A stretch of 64,000 nucleotides of DNA from an uncultured Pseudomonadales bacterium (GCA_947494095.1 CANLTI010000023.1:123-64122); one strand, 5' to 3'. Shown: positions 30,554-41,649, counted from the first letter of the stretch. Numbers and translations are program-made. Notes: generated from the sequence alone by a model not told the origin.

Positions 30554-31180
30554 TTAAGCTTGCTTTAAGTCTACGCGACGGTCGTTATGTAATACGTCCA
30601 CGAGTTTGACGGCATCTTGCTCCATCGCAACCACTAAAGCATCGAGACGGCGCAAAAAGAAGCGATGACTGATCATCGCAGGGATTGCCACACCTAGGCC
30701 TGCTGCCGTAGTCAATAGCGCTTGCGATATGCCGCCGGCTAACACGCCGGCATTACCCGTACCCTCTAGCATAATCGCGGCAAATACCTTAATCATGCCG
30801 AGCACTGTGCCTAATAAGCCCAGTAAAGGGGTCACAGCAGCAATTGTGCCTAAAATCGCTAAGTAACGCTCTAACTCGTGGATGACTTGGCTTGCCGCTT
30901 CTTGAATACTGTCTTTCATCACATCGCGTCCATGGCGTGAATTAGACAAACCTGCAGCCAAAATACGCCCCAATGGCGAAGAAGAGCGTAGCTCTTTAAG
31001 CTCATCGGCACTCATTTTATTTTTTTGGATTTTAGCCCATACATCGCCCAACTGGTTACGAGGTGCGATTTTTTTGGGGTTAAGCGTCCAAAAACGCTCT
31101 ACAGAAATAGCAATTACAGCAACAGAACACAATGCAAGCGGGAACATTAGCCAGCCGCCGGCAGCAAAGATATTTTCCAC
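30554..31180 (-). CDS. exbB: MotA/TolQ/ExbB proton channel
   Basis: LGTIAAVTPLLGLLGTVLGMI..GISQALLTTAAGL.VAIPA. Confidence 0.92.
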   Translation of the reverse strand: MENIFAAGGWLMFPLALCSVAVIAISVERFWTLNPKKIAPRNQLGDVWAKIQKNKMSADELKELRSSSPLGRILAAGLSNSRHGRDVMKDSIQEAASQVIHELERYLAILGTIAAVTPLLGLLGTVLGMIKVFAAIMLEGTGNAGVLAGGISQALLTTAAGLGVAIPAMISHRFFLRRLDALVVAMEQDAVKLVDVLHNDRRVDLKQA

Positions 31181-31298
31181 CAGACACTCCTAAGGGGTCA
31201 TTATTATTGGTCGCGTATCATACCCGATTTTTTTACTCGGGTTACTACCGAATACGTTTACGATCAAATAACCGCTAAACGAGGCCAATAAGCGCTGA

Positions 31299-33815
31299 TT
31301 AATGCCATATTTTAGGGTTAGCTAAGCGCTCAGCTTGCACCGTCATTTGACCGTCAGTGTTAACCATAAAGCTCACCGCGCCATGATCTGCGGTATTCCA
31401 CACTTTAGCACCCACTGTATTATAGCGCGCAACGACACTTGCGTGCGGGTGACCATAACGGCTTTTAAAGGCCGCACTCACCACAATATGGCGCGGCTTT
31501 ATGGCTTGCAAAAAGGCTTCGCTGGATGAGGTCTTGCTGCCATGGTGCGGTGCAATCAAGACATCGACTTTCGGCAATATCTGCTGCGCGAGCAGTGCCT
31601 TTTCTACGGTTTTATCAATGTCGCCTGGCAACAAAAACACCCAGCCGGCATATTCAATCAACAAAACACACGAAAGATTATTACTTGAAACGGGCTTAAC
31701 CCCAGTAGCATCCTTGGCAATACTGCGCTGAGCAAGCACTGCACTTTGGCTGAGCGGCCGCTTAAGCATGCGAGGCCGTTGTTGAGGCCATAATACTGTG
31801 TAGCGCGCATCACCCCACCGCCACTGCTGGCCGGCATAACAAGGCTCGGCATGCTGCGGTAAACCACTAAAGCGCTCGCCACTCCAAAGCGCTACAGGCT
31901 CAAACTGCTGAAGTAATGGCACAAGGCCACCTTTATGGTCGGCATCGCCGTGGCTCACCATAATGGCTATATTTTTGACCGCAGTGCGCCTCAAATAAGG
32001 CGCAATGATATGAGCACCCGTATTAAAGCGCTCACCGAATGCCGCGCCGGTATCAAATATTAATGCTGGCGCACGCGGCGTGCTCGTGACTATCGCTAAG
32101 CCTTGGCCGACATCTAAGGCCGTCATTTTAAAGCGCTTAGGCTTGTGCTCGCCACCAAAGGCCAATAGAGCCAGTATCGCCAACGCTCCGATGGGCAAAG
32201 CGTAACTGCGCGGCAAAACCATCAATACACAGGCAATTAAGAGCAAGGCAAACCCAATAACAGCCCATACCCCCTCAAAAGCAAGGCTTGGCCACAGCAG
32301 GCCTACTGGCGAGTGTGCTAACTGAGTGAGCCCCCACCAAAGGCCGTCAAATGCACCCCCAAGCAACTGCAACAAGGGTGCACCTAAAGGGGTGAAGCTC
32401 ACTGGAATCCACAATAACAAACCGGGTACAAAGACTAGCGCCACTAAAGGCACCGCTATCATATTGGCAAGCGGCGACAGCCCGCTCGCCGGAAAGCCCA
32501 ATAACCACAACGGCAAACACATTGCCAATGAGAGCAACCCTTGCATCGCCATGCCAAGACCCATACGCTGGCGCCAAAGTGCAAACTTTTGCCTGCTTGG
32601 GCTCAACTCATCATACGCTGCACTGCGCGCATATAAATAACCGTTGAATTTAAGCAGCAATAACGCCACTGCCGCAAACGATAACCAAAAGCCAGCTTGC
32701 AGCCAAGCAAAGGGCTCACTCCAAGCCACAAGCAATAATGCTAAAGCCAGTAAATGGCTGGGAGCAAATCGCACCCCCAAACTCCAAGCAATATTGAGCA
32801 GTACCACCGCTATTAATGCGCGGCGCGTAGGCACAGCAAAACCGGCCAGCAAGGCATAACCTGCGGCAAGGCTGATGGCCATCAACGCGGGCAACAACCG
32901 GTACCCCCACACGCTAGCTTTGCCATAACAGTAACGGCTAATACCCCACAACGCTAAGCGGTGTACAAACAGGCCCAAGCCAAAACCAATGGCTGCCACC
33001 AAGCCCACATGCAAACCCGAAATAGCCATTAAATGCACCGTACCTGTTGCCTGTAATACTTGCCAATCATCGGTACTGAGCTCGTCACGAGAGCCCATCA
33101 GTAGCGCCTTAAAAAAGCGCGTACTGTGCATAACAGGCCCTTCGCCACCCACGCCGCTCAATTGTGCAGATAGATGCTGGCGCAACCGCATCAGTAGGCT
33201 CAGCGGCTGCGTTGCCACCCACCGGGTTGTTGCGTGGGTACTCAAGTAGCCTGTTGCGCTATAACCTTGCGCCAATAGCCAAGCGGCATAATCAAAACCT
33301 CCGGGGTTGGACAGCCCGCGAGGCCGGCGCAAAGTCACTTCAGCTTGCCACTGCTGACCCACAGCCAAACGCGGCAGTGATGACGCGGCTGAGTCATACC
33401 AGCTGAGGCGCACTTTTTTACCGGCAAGACGATAGCCCGATACTACAGATTCAACTGGCTCGCCACCAAGCAACACAGCCTCAAACTGCTGGTAGCGCAC
33501 GCCTTGGGTTCCCATATGCGTGATAACGAACTGCACAGGTACACGCTGCTTATCGAGTGTATGAGGTAAAACATTCGCCATAATCGCCTGTAATTGCCAC
33601 ACCCCTACAGCCGCAGCAACGCTAAAAATACCACTATATAGCAGCATAGTTTTTATGGATCGATGCGCACAACACCAGCGGGCTAAGGCGGCCCCTAGCC
33701 CAAAAAGCAGTGCCAGTGCGCCCCAAAAACTGGGTAACTCTGAATAGAGTACGACATGACCTAAGCCGCAGGCTGCTGCGAGCACCTTTAACAAAAAAAC
33801 ACCTTCAACACCCAA
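31299..33815 (-). CDS. comEC: DNA internalization competence protein ComEC/Rec2 (start uncertain)
   Basis: NPGGFDY, HLMAISGLHVG, DVGQG, SHGDADH, PHHGSKTSS, YGHPH. Confidence 0.95.
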   Translation of the reverse strand: MGVEGVFLLKVLAAACGLGHVVLYSELPSFWGALALLFGLGAALARWCCAHRSIKTMLLYSGIFSVAAAVGVWQLQAIMANVLPHTLDKQRVPVQFVITHMGTQGVRYQQFEAVLLGGEPVESVVSGYRLAGKKVRLSWYDSAASSLPRLAVGQQWQAEVTLRRPRGLSNPGGFDYAAWLLAQGYSATGYLSTHATTRWVATQPLSLLMRLRQHLSAQLSGVGGEGPVMHSTRFFKALLMGSRDELSTDDWQVLQATGTVHLMAISGLHVGLVAAIGFGLGLFVHRLALWGISRYCYGKASVWGYRLLPALMAISLAAGYALLAGFAVPTRRALIAVVLLNIAWSLGVRFAPSHLLALALLLVAWSEPFAWLQAGFWLSFAAVALLLLKFNGYLYARSAAYDELSPSRQKFALWRQRMGLGMAMQGLLSLAMCLPLWLLGFPASGLSPLANMIAVPLVALVFVPGLLLWIPVSFTPLGAPLLQLLGGAFDGLWWGLTQLAHSPVGLLWPSLAFEGVWAVIGFALLLIACVLMVLPRSYALPIGALAILALLAFGGEHKPKRFKMTALDVGQGLAIVTSTPRAPALIFDTGAAFGERFNTGAHIIAPYLRRTAVKNIAIMVSHGDADHKGGLVPLLQQFEPVALWSGERFSGLPQHAEPCYAGQQWRWGDARYTVLWPQQRPRMLKRPLSQSAVLAQRSIAKDATGVKPVSSNNLSCVLLIEYAGWVFLLPGDIDKTVEKALLAQQILPKVDVLIAPHHGSKTSSSEAFLQAIKPRHIVVSAAFKSRYGHPHASVVARYNTVGAKVWNTADHGAVSFMVNTDGQMTVQAERLANPKIWH

Positions 33816-33971
33816 AAACCCTTAAACATCTAGCACTCCTTGTCTTATTTGTTTGATCATGGTTTTAATTGCCGCTAGGCGACTACAGCCTTTAGCGGCA
33901 TAATGGTGCACCTTTACGGAAGTTTTATTTAGCTTCTATACTTAAAGCTTGATGTTAATAGCGCGAAGCCC

Positions 33972-34499
33972 ATGCCACGGAAGTTATTCAAACGCTGGTC
34001 ACCCGACCCCGACACTTTAAAAACGAACCGTCGCCTGCGCTTTTTGGGCAAGCTTTTACACGACCCAAATCTATTCCATATGACGCGATTCTCAGTCTCT
34101 AACGCGTGCTTTTTTGGTTTATTCATTGGCTTCTTTCCTTTGCCTATAGGCCATATACCGGCGATTGCCATTTTGGCGCTGTGGCTGCGTTTTAACCTAC
34201 CGATTGCCCTAGCTTGCGTTATGGTGAGCAACCCACTGACCTTTCCTTTTATTTACTATAGCGCGTATGTAACCGGAAGCTGGATGTTACAAATACCTAT
34301 TGCCGATATCACTTTCCAAGCCAATTGGGCTTGGTTTAAAAGCTTTTTAGCTGAAGCTTGGCTACCCCTTGTAGTTGGTAGCTTTAGTTTTGGTATTGGC
34401 TTTGGGGGCCTAAGCTATTTAGCGGTGCAATGGTTATGGCGCTGGCAAGTCATTAGCCGCTGGCAAGCGCGCCGTAAAAACAAACCGCACCCCCTTTAA
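33972..34499 (+). CDS. DUF2062 family membrane protein
   Basis: MPRKLFKRW..LHDPNLFH..R.SV..A...GLF....P; SNPLT.PF; divergent from comEC as in many gammaproteobacteria. Confidence 0.88.
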   Translation: MPRKLFKRWSPDPDTLKTNRRLRFLGKLLHDPNLFHMTRFSVSNACFFGLFIGFFPLPIGHIPAIAILALWLRFNLPIALACVMVSNPLTFPFIYYSAYVTGSWMLQIPIADITFQANWAWFKSFLAEAWLPLVVGSFSFGIGFGGLSYLAVQWLWRWQVISRWQARRKNKPHPL

Positions 34500-34758
34500 T
34501 GTCGTTACATTAACCTCTGTGCATTAACCTATATGCATTAACCTCCGTGTATTCGCCTCGGTCATCAATGCATAGCTTATACACCTGTATACAAGCTTAT
34601 GTATTTTTATAACCGCTTGTATGTTTTTATAGCTCTTTATACTTCACATTATCATTTACCCCTTTAGCGATAGCTTATAAGTCCTCATCACTGCACCGTG
34701 CAATACTTGGGAGGCCTGTCGCTAAAGCAACCGACTCAAACCGTTTAAGGCGTCAGTT

Positions 34759-35382
34759 ATGCCCCAAAGCCCCATGATTATCTTCGATTTCGAAACCACC
34801 GGACTATCACCCAAGCAAGGCGACCGCGTTATAGAGGTTGGGGCTGTGCGTATAGAAGGCGACAAAATCACCGAGCGCTTTAGTGCACTCATGAACCCTC
34901 ACTTTGCCATTACCCCTTTTATCGAGCGCTACACCGGCATTACCAATGCTATGCTCGCCACCGCACAACCCATCTATCAACAAATGAGCCGTTTTCACAC
35001 GTTTATTAAAGACGCTCAATTAATTGCCCATAACGCCAGCTTTGATAAACGCTTTTTAGAGGCTGAACTGGCAGAGCTTGGCTTAACTTTTGATGGCAAG
35101 TTTGCTTGTTCGATGCTGCTAGCAAAACGCGTATTCCCTAAGGCCCCCAGTTATAAATTAGGCGAATTGGTCAAATACGCGGGTATTAAAAGTAGCGGTG
35201 ATTACCATCGCGCGCTTTACGATTGCGAAATGACCGCACAACTGTGGTTTGCCATGCAAAAGCAATTATGCGATGACTTTGGCCTAGAGCAGCTACCCTT
35301 TGAGTTAGCCTGCAAACTTGTAAAAACCCCCAAAAGCGGCGTCAAAGCAACCATCGAAAAATACCAAATGAGTAGGAGCTAA
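34759..35382 (+). CDS. DEDDh 3'-5' exonuclease (Pol III epsilon-like)
   Basis: IFDFETTG, AHNASFD, HRALYDC. Confidence 0.92.
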   Translation: MPQSPMIIFDFETTGLSPKQGDRVIEVGAVRIEGDKITERFSALMNPHFAITPFIERYTGITNAMLATAQPIYQQMSRFHTFIKDAQLIAHNASFDKRFLEAELAELGLTFDGKFACSMLLAKRVFPKAPSYKLGELVKYAGIKSSGDYHRALYDCEMTAQLWFAMQKQLCDDFGLEQLPFELACKLVKTPKSGVKATIEKYQMSRS

Positions 35383-35385
35383 CGC

Positions 35386-38300
35386 ATGAAATCACTCGTT
35401 GTTACACTAAAAAAACTCCCAAAACGCTATAAAATAACGCTATTGATCAGCGTAAGCTTAGTTGCCATCTACGGTATTGGTTTGGGTCTTGTCGCTCCGC
35501 GCGTTATTCAATCGCAAGCACAAAAAATCGTACAGCAAAGGCTAGACCTCAACCTTGCCATTGAAAAAATCAGCATAAACCCTTTCACTTTTAAAGTGCG
35601 CATTGATCAATTTGCACTCTTACACAAAAGTAACGAGCCGCTCATAGGCTTTGAATCTTTCTCAATTGACTTTGAGGCAGTCAGTTTATTCAATCAAGCG
35701 TGGACGCTAGATCACATTAGGCTCAGTGGTTTACATGGCCAGTTTGAACGCTTTAGCGAAATCGACAACACTTTGAGCCGCCTTGCTCAACAATGGGCAA
35801 CCACCGCCACCGAGCCCAGCACGCCACCGCCGCCGGCAGAGCCCTCGGCTTTACCACGCTTTTTGATTCGCAATATCGATTTACAGCTCAGCCAAGTGGA
35901 TATTACCGACCAGGTACCCGCCACACCCTTTAGTCAAACCATAGGGCCACTGGATATTCATATTGCTGCACTATCGACACTGCCCGAGCATTCGGGCCTA
36001 CATACTATCGCCCTTAAGAGTCAGTCGGGTATTGCCATTACTTGGCAAGGCAGTATTCACTTAAGCCCTATTACAAGCAAAGGCCATATCAATGTTCAAG
36101 GCCCCTATCCTGTCATTGCCTCTAACTACCTACAGGACTCTTTAATTGTCGACATTGACAGTGGTTTTTTTAATGCCGACCTAGACTATTCGCTCAGTCA
36201 ATCACCTAATAAAAACGACAACCCTTTTAGCGTTTTACTCAACAATATAAATGTATCACTCGATGACTTTAGCCTTATTGAGCGCAGCAGCCAAAAGCCC
36301 TTATATCGCCTGCAAAAACTTGCCCTCACCGATGCCAGTATTGCATGGCCACAACACATTATTCATATCCCTAAAATAGCACTCGATAGCGGCAAATTAT
36401 GGCTATCAAGAGATAAAGAGGGCAAAACCAATATCGAGCGATTGCTAATGGCTCAGCAATTAGCCTTTGCCCCAGCAAACGCTCAAGTATCAGCCACTCA
36501 AACAACTACCCGTCAATCACCAAATAATCCATCAGACAGTCAAACAGACACCCAAAACCCTAGCACTGCGCCTACCACAGCAAAAAAGACACCCGCAGAA
36601 GCCCAATGGGCCATTTCAAATGCTCGCTTTGAGCTTAACAATTGGGCCGTGCAAGTAGAAGATACTGCAACACCTTCGGCAGCTATTGAGCACATTAACA
36701 ATATTAATATCGCGGTTAATGACTTTCAGCTTAAAGATAATCACACCGTTCACTTTCAATACGGCCTCGAATTACTCAGCGGGCGTATTGACGGCGAAGG
36801 GCATGTTATTCCTATGCCATTTTCGGCACTGAATAACACCACTAAAATACAAAAGCTTATGCTGAAGCATTTACAGCCTTATGCCGCACAATTTGCCAAA
36901 ATTGCCATTACAGATGGCAGCCTCGACGCCACAATCAACATCAAAAGCGATGAAAGCCAAGCACAGCAAAATTTTATTATTGATAGCGAGCTGTCAATCA
37001 ATCAGCTCAAAATTTTAGAGGCCAAGAATAATAAAACACTACTACAATGGGAGCTACTTGCTTTACAAACGATCGAAACTTCGGCCACCGGTAATGCTCT
37101 AGCCATCCAAAAAGTTACCCTTAACAAGCCCTACATCGACTTCAAAATTAATCGAGATGGCACAACCTCCATCGAACATCTACTGGTTAATCAAGCAAAC
37201 GATACAACCGCTGAGCCTCAAGCGCCCAGCACTGAAGTCACTCATAAACCTCAAGAAGATAGCCAGCCTTATCATATTAAAATGGGCAGCTTTGCCATCA
37301 ATAACGGCAGTAGTGATTTTGCCGATGAATCCTTACCTCTTCCGTTTATCACAAAAATACACAACCTTAATGGTGGCATTTCTACGCTCGACAACCAAAG
37401 CAAAGCCAGTACCGATATAAAATTTGAAGGGCAGCTAGATGAATACGGCCTGCTCAATATAGAAGGTATATTGACGCCCTTCGCCCTCGAAGAAAACTCA
37501 AACATTAGCTTGAAGTTTGAAAACATTAACGTCCCAAACTTTACGCCTTACGCCATTAAATTTGCAGGCCGAAAAATTACCGATGGGCGACTCGATTTAA
37601 ATTTAAACTACACACTCAATAACGGCGCCCTACAAGGCAGTAACAGTATTATTTTAAGGACATTTAATTTAGGCGAGTCCGTCGAGCAACCTGGGGCTTT
37701 AGATTTACCCTTAGATTTAGCCATAGGCCTACTCAAAGATAATGACAAAAAAATCACCCTAGACCTACCGATCGCAGGAGACATTAACAACCCGTCATTT
37801 TCAGTCTCCAGCGTATTAGGGCAAGCCCTTAAAAAAATATTAAGCAGCGCCATTTCATCACCGTTTAGATTGCTTTCGGGGCTTGTCGGCGGTAACAGTG
37901 AAGAGTTTGGTAAGGTTAACTTTATACCGGGAAAAAGCCATATCACGCCTCCCGAACAAGAAAAACTACACAACCTCGCCAAGGCCATGAAAGCCAGGCC
38001 CAAGTTAATACTAAAGGTGCCCAAAACATCTGCCGAGCACCTCGATATGCCGGCACTGCAAGAGCAGCAATTTATACACAATGCCGAACTCGCACTGGGC
38101 TACCCCATTGCCAGCGAAGCATTAACCACTAAAAAAACAGTCAAATATTTAGAAAGTAACTTTTTAAAGCATAAATCATCGCAGGACCTAAAGTTATTTA
38201 AGCAACCCTTTATAACGCAAGAAGATAACAGATCACTCGATGTACTAGCATATACAAAAGCTTTAAAGCAACAGCTCATCACGCAAGAAAGTATTGCGGC

Positions 38301-38466
38301 CGAACAACTGGCCACACTTGCCCTGCACAGAGCAAAAGCGATTCAAAGCATTATTATAGAACAGGGTATTGACAGCCAAAGAGTGATGTTAGTGGACGCT
38401 AAAAAAGCAAAGCGCACTAAGGGAGAATACGTCATCACCAACCTTGGGCTAGGTACAAAAAAGTAA
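35386..38466 (+). CDS. DUF748 / AsmA-like envelope protein, 1026 aa
   Basis: N-terminal TM anchor, repeated beta-rich segments, C-terminal LPLDLAIGLLKD..I.LDLPIAGDINNPSFS..SSPFRLL..F.PG signature. Confidence 0.82.
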   Translation: MKSLVVTLKKLPKRYKITLLISVSLVAIYGIGLGLVAPRVIQSQAQKIVQQRLDLNLAIEKISINPFTFKVRIDQFALLHKSNEPLIGFESFSIDFEAVSLFNQAWTLDHIRLSGLHGQFERFSEIDNTLSRLAQQWATTATEPSTPPPPAEPSALPRFLIRNIDLQLSQVDITDQVPATPFSQTIGPLDIHIAALSTLPEHSGLHTIALKSQSGIAITWQGSIHLSPITSKGHINVQGPYPVIASNYLQDSLIVDIDSGFFNADLDYSLSQSPNKNDNPFSVLLNNINVSLDDFSLIERSSQKPLYRLQKLALTDASIAWPQHIIHIPKIALDSGKLWLSRDKEGKTNIERLLMAQQLAFAPANAQVSATQTTTRQSPNNPSDSQTDTQNPSTAPTTAKKTPAEAQWAISNARFELNNWAVQVEDTATPSAAIEHINNINIAVNDFQLKDNHTVHFQYGLELLSGRIDGEGHVIPMPFSALNNTTKIQKLMLKHLQPYAAQFAKIAITDGSLDATINIKSDESQAQQNFIIDSELSINQLKILEAKNNKTLLQWELLALQTIETSATGNALAIQKVTLNKPYIDFKINRDGTTSIEHLLVNQANDTTAEPQAPSTEVTHKPQEDSQPYHIKMGSFAINNGSSDFADESLPLPFITKIHNLNGGISTLDNQSKASTDIKFEGQLDEYGLLNIEGILTPFALEENSNISLKFENINVPNFTPYAIKFAGRKITDGRLDLNLNYTLNNGALQGSNSIILRTFNLGESVEQPGALDLPLDLAIGLLKDNDKKITLDLPIAGDINNPSFSVSSVLGQALKKILSSAISSPFRLLSGLVGGNSEEFGKVNFIPGKSHITPPEQEKLHNLAKAMKARPKLILKVPKTSAEHLDMPALQEQQFIHNAELALGYPIASEALTTKKTVKYLESNFLKHKSSQDLKLFKQPFITQEDNRSLDVLAYTKALKQQLITQESIAAEQLATLALHRAKAIQSIIIEQGIDSQRVMLVDAKKAKRTKGEYVITNLGLGTKK

Positions 38467-38469
38467 TGC

Positions 38470-38622
38470 TGAGGAACGAGAAAAAATACATGATCCAATA
38501 ACACGTGTTTTGTGCTTCATCGCCTGCGTTACTCAAAGCGTTACATGCCCGGCATGCGACCCTTCGAGCGCCTTGCCGAGAAAACAGAACCCCCACGTCT
38601 AATTGGATACACTATTATTGCC
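38470..38622 (-). repeat. Dispersed modular repeat copy (B-E modules)
   Basis: Reverse complement GGCAATAATAGTGTATCCAATTAGACGTGGGGGTTCTGTTTTCTCGGCAAGGCGCTCGAAGGG..GGGCATGTAACGCTTTGAG..TTATTGGATCATGTATTTTT matches 13649-13811. Confidence 0.88.
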
Positions 38623-38653
38623 TGGCTCTTAGCTGCTAGCCGCTTGCACCTTT

Positions 38654-38706
38654 AAGCTAACCCTTAGAAGCTAACCCTTAGAAGCTAACCCTTAGAAGCT
38701 AAGCCC
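38654..38706 (+). repeat. 14-bp tandem repeat (AAGCTAACCCTTAG)x3 plus a partial unit
   Basis: Read directly from the sequence. Confidence 0.95.
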
Positions 38707-38919
38707 CTAGCCGTGTATAACGCTCACAGCTATTGCACTCAGCAAGGGAGCTTCACGCAAGGGGTTTCACATTAGGCATTTCACATATAGTCAAATAAAC
38801 TGTTCTCTACCTAGACTTGCCGCTTATGGGTAGACGACTGCTATACTCGCTCTCCTCAAGCCAACAATTGTATAAAATGTGATCCACAAATCCCCATAAA
38901 ATAAGACGAGAGGACGCTT

Positions 38920-41529
38920 ATGACAAGCGCACAGCAATCGCTAAAAATCCCCCGTAAGAAACTGACTGCCAGCGCTAAGCTAGGCGCTGTGATCGCAACT
39001 GCGGCAGCCATACTGTTGACCGCTAGCTGCGGCAACGCCCCCGTAAAAAAAGAAGCCTCAGCAGCAGACAGTTCAACCACTCAAACCAACCCCGCACTGT
39101 GGCCCACCTTAAAGCTTCCTTTTGACCCTACACAAACCGCTATTATCAACAAAAAAGTGGCTGCAATTGTTAACCAAATGACTTTAGAGCAAAAGGTAGG
39201 GCAAATGACGCAAGCCGAAGTCGGCTTTGTCACCCCCGAAGATGTCAAAAAATATCATTTAGGTTCTGTACTAGAAGGCGGCGGAAGCTATCTAGACGGT
39301 AATAAATTTGCCACGATCGATGACTGGTTAGTTAAGCTTGATGCCTTTTACGAAGCGGCAATGGATACCAGTGACGGCGGCCTGCCCATCCCTTTAATTT
39401 GGGGTACCGACTCGGTACACGGCCATAACAAAGTTATTGGGGCCACTATTTTCCCTCATAACATTGGCCTAGGTGCAACAAGTAACCCCGAGTTAGTTCG
39501 CAAAATTGGTGAAGTGACCGCCCTTGAAACGATGGTACTTGGCAAAGATTGGACATTTGCCCCTGAAATCTCAGTCACACGCAACGACCGATGGGGTCGT
39601 ACCTATGAGGGCTACAGTGAAGACGCTGCATTAGTTGCCTCTTTGGGGCAAGCCGCTATCGAAGGCTTACAAGGTTCAGTCTCTGACGGCACTTTTATGG
39701 ATGGTCGTCGCTTACTGGCTACAGCCAAACATTATGTCGGTGACGGCGGTACCATTGACGGCGTTGATCGCGCAGACAATATAGCCACCGAACAAGAGCT
39801 TATAGACATTCATTCGCCTGGCTACTTTACTGCGATTGAATCAGGGGTATTGTCCATCATGGCATCACACAGTAGCTGGCAAGGTACTCGCATGCACGGC
39901 CATCAATACCTCCTTAAAGACATTCTTAAAAACAAACTAGGGTTTGACGGATTTGTAGTAGGCGACTGGAACAGTCATGCCTTAGTTGATGGCTGCGAAC
40001 CGGATAACTGCCCCGAAGCTATTGCTGCTGGTTTAGATATGTTTATGGTGCCCGAGCACTGGAAAAGCTTTATTAGTAATACTGTTCAGCAAGTGCGTGA
40101 CGGCATTGTGCCAGAGTCTCAGATCGATGAAGCCGTGAGTCGTATTTTACGCAGTAAATTTCGTGCAGGTATTATGAGTGCCCCTAAACCCTCCGCACGT
40201 AAACTTGCAGGCAATACCGCATTATTTGGTGCACCTGAGCACATTCAACTCGCTCGCCAAGCTGTCCGCGAATCAGCGGTATTAATTAAAAACAATAATG
40301 CCGCTTTACCGCTCAAGCCCAACAGCCGTGTATTAGTAGTTGGCAGTGCCGCAGATGATATTGGCCGCCAAAGTGGTGGCTGGACTATCTCTTGGCAAGG
40401 CACCGGCACAACAAACGAAGACTTCCCGCAGGGCAAGTCGATTTGGCAGGGCATCAAAACACACGTTGAAGCTGCTGGCGGTCACGCCGTATACCAAGCC
40501 AATGGTGAATATACACAAAAGCCCGATGTTGCCATTATGGTCTTTGGTGAAAAACCGTATGCCGAATGGCAAGGCGACATTAAAACCCTGGCCTGGCAGC
40601 CTGGCGACCACAGTAATGCACAAGTAATGGAAAAGCTTAAAGCTCAAGGCATTAAGGTCATTAGTGTATTTATTTCTGGCCGTCCGCTGTGGCTTAACCG
40701 TGAAATTAACGCGAGCGATGCCTTTGTAGCTGCTTGGTTACCCGGTAGCCAAGGCGCAGCTATTGCCGACGTATTATTTACCGATCAACAAGGCAATATT
40801 GTTTATGACTTCACCGGCACCTTACCCCTTAGTTGGCCAAAAATGCCCGACCAATACGAAGTGAATGTAGGTGATGACGACTACGATCCACTCTTCCCGT
40901 TTGGTTATGGGCTAAGCTACGCACATGCTCAAAAAAACACTCCTATGTTAAACACAGACCCCGGCAATGCGCTAGATGGCTTGGCTATGAGCACACCTTT
41001 ATTTCAGGGACGAGCACGCGAACCGTGGCAGCTTTTTGTAGGCTCTAAAGGTAAAAAGACCCTGTATGAAAACAACTTAATTAATGACACAAACATCATT
41101 ATCGTCAGCGAAGCCGATCAAGAGACTCAAGGCGATGCTATCGATGTCAAATGGAGCGGTAAAGGCAGTGCTAATATTAGCTTGCGAGCCAGCGATGTAC
41201 CGCTTAATTTTAACGAGTACATTGATAACAACTCTATTATCGCCTTTGATGTATATCGCTTAACAAAAGCACAAAAACCCATCTATTTACAAGCTAGCGA
41301 TACCAATAAAAGCCATAAAATAGATATCACACTCAAGTTTAATGCTGCACCCGTTAACGAATGGAATCGCTTATCTGTTGATGTCGCCTGCTTCAAAGAA
41401 GCCGGGCTAGATATTAACTACATAGTGGAAGCATTAGGTTTTGTCACCAACGGCAAGGTTAACGCACGCTTTGCCAACATTCAGATAGAGCCCGAAATGG
41501 CTGATAAGGCCGCTTTTAGGTGCCGCTAA
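38920..41529 (+). CDS. GH3 beta-glucosidase / exo-beta-glucanase lipoprotein with C-terminal carbohydrate-binding-like domain
   Basis: Lipobox LLTASC; WGTDSVHGH, FPHNIGLGA, TAKHYVGDGG, GFVVGDW nucleophile, VFGEKPYAE, PLFPFGYGL. Confidence 0.93.
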   Translation: MTSAQQSLKIPRKKLTASAKLGAVIATAAAILLTASCGNAPVKKEASAADSSTTQTNPALWPTLKLPFDPTQTAIINKKVAAIVNQMTLEQKVGQMTQAEVGFVTPEDVKKYHLGSVLEGGGSYLDGNKFATIDDWLVKLDAFYEAAMDTSDGGLPIPLIWGTDSVHGHNKVIGATIFPHNIGLGATSNPELVRKIGEVTALETMVLGKDWTFAPEISVTRNDRWGRTYEGYSEDAALVASLGQAAIEGLQGSVSDGTFMDGRRLLATAKHYVGDGGTIDGVDRADNIATEQELIDIHSPGYFTAIESGVLSIMASHSSWQGTRMHGHQYLLKDILKNKLGFDGFVVGDWNSHALVDGCEPDNCPEAIAAGLDMFMVPEHWKSFISNTVQQVRDGIVPESQIDEAVSRILRSKFRAGIMSAPKPSARKLAGNTALFGAPEHIQLARQAVRESAVLIKNNNAALPLKPNSRVLVVGSAADDIGRQSGGWTISWQGTGTTNEDFPQGKSIWQGIKTHVEAAGGHAVYQANGEYTQKPDVAIMVFGEKPYAEWQGDIKTLAWQPGDHSNAQVMEKLKAQGIKVISVFISGRPLWLNREINASDAFVAAWLPGSQGAAIADVLFTDQQGNIVYDFTGTLPLSWPKMPDQYEVNVGDDDYDPLFPFGYGLSYAHAQKNTPMLNTDPGNALDGLAMSTPLFQGRAREPWQLFVGSKGKKTLYENNLINDTNIIIVSEADQETQGDAIDVKWSGKGSANISLRASDVPLNFNEYIDNNSIIAFDVYRLTKAQKPIYLQASDTNKSHKIDITLKFNAAPVNEWNRLSVDVACFKEAGLDINYIVEALGFVTNGKVNARFANIQIEPEMADKAAFRCR

Positions 41530-41623
41530 GGGCGCATACCGGGGCATGTAGGCTTTGCGCAACGCAGCGGAGGACACACAAAATAAGTATTATTGGGTAA
41601 TGCATCTCCTCCTCGGCCCTAAA
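41530..41623 (+). repeat. Degenerate partial copy of the B-E repeat
   Basis: GGGCGCATACCGGGGCATGTAGGCTTTGCGCAACGCA..TATTATTGGGTAATGCATCTCCTCCTCGGCCCTAAA aligns with 13709-13746 and 13790-13823. Confidence 0.7.
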
Positions 41624-41649
41624 CATTAAATGGCCCTAAAAATATCAAT

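Noticed and set aside
31299-33815. comEC and comF as a competence island
   Set aside because: Both are in their usual core gammaproteobacterial contexts (exbB-exbD-lpxK; bioB).
34617-34632. LexA box upstream of the DEDDh exonuclease (TTGTATGTTTTTATAG)
   Set aside because: Mismatches in both CTGT and ACAG half-sites, and it lies in a locally duplicated AT-rich stretch.
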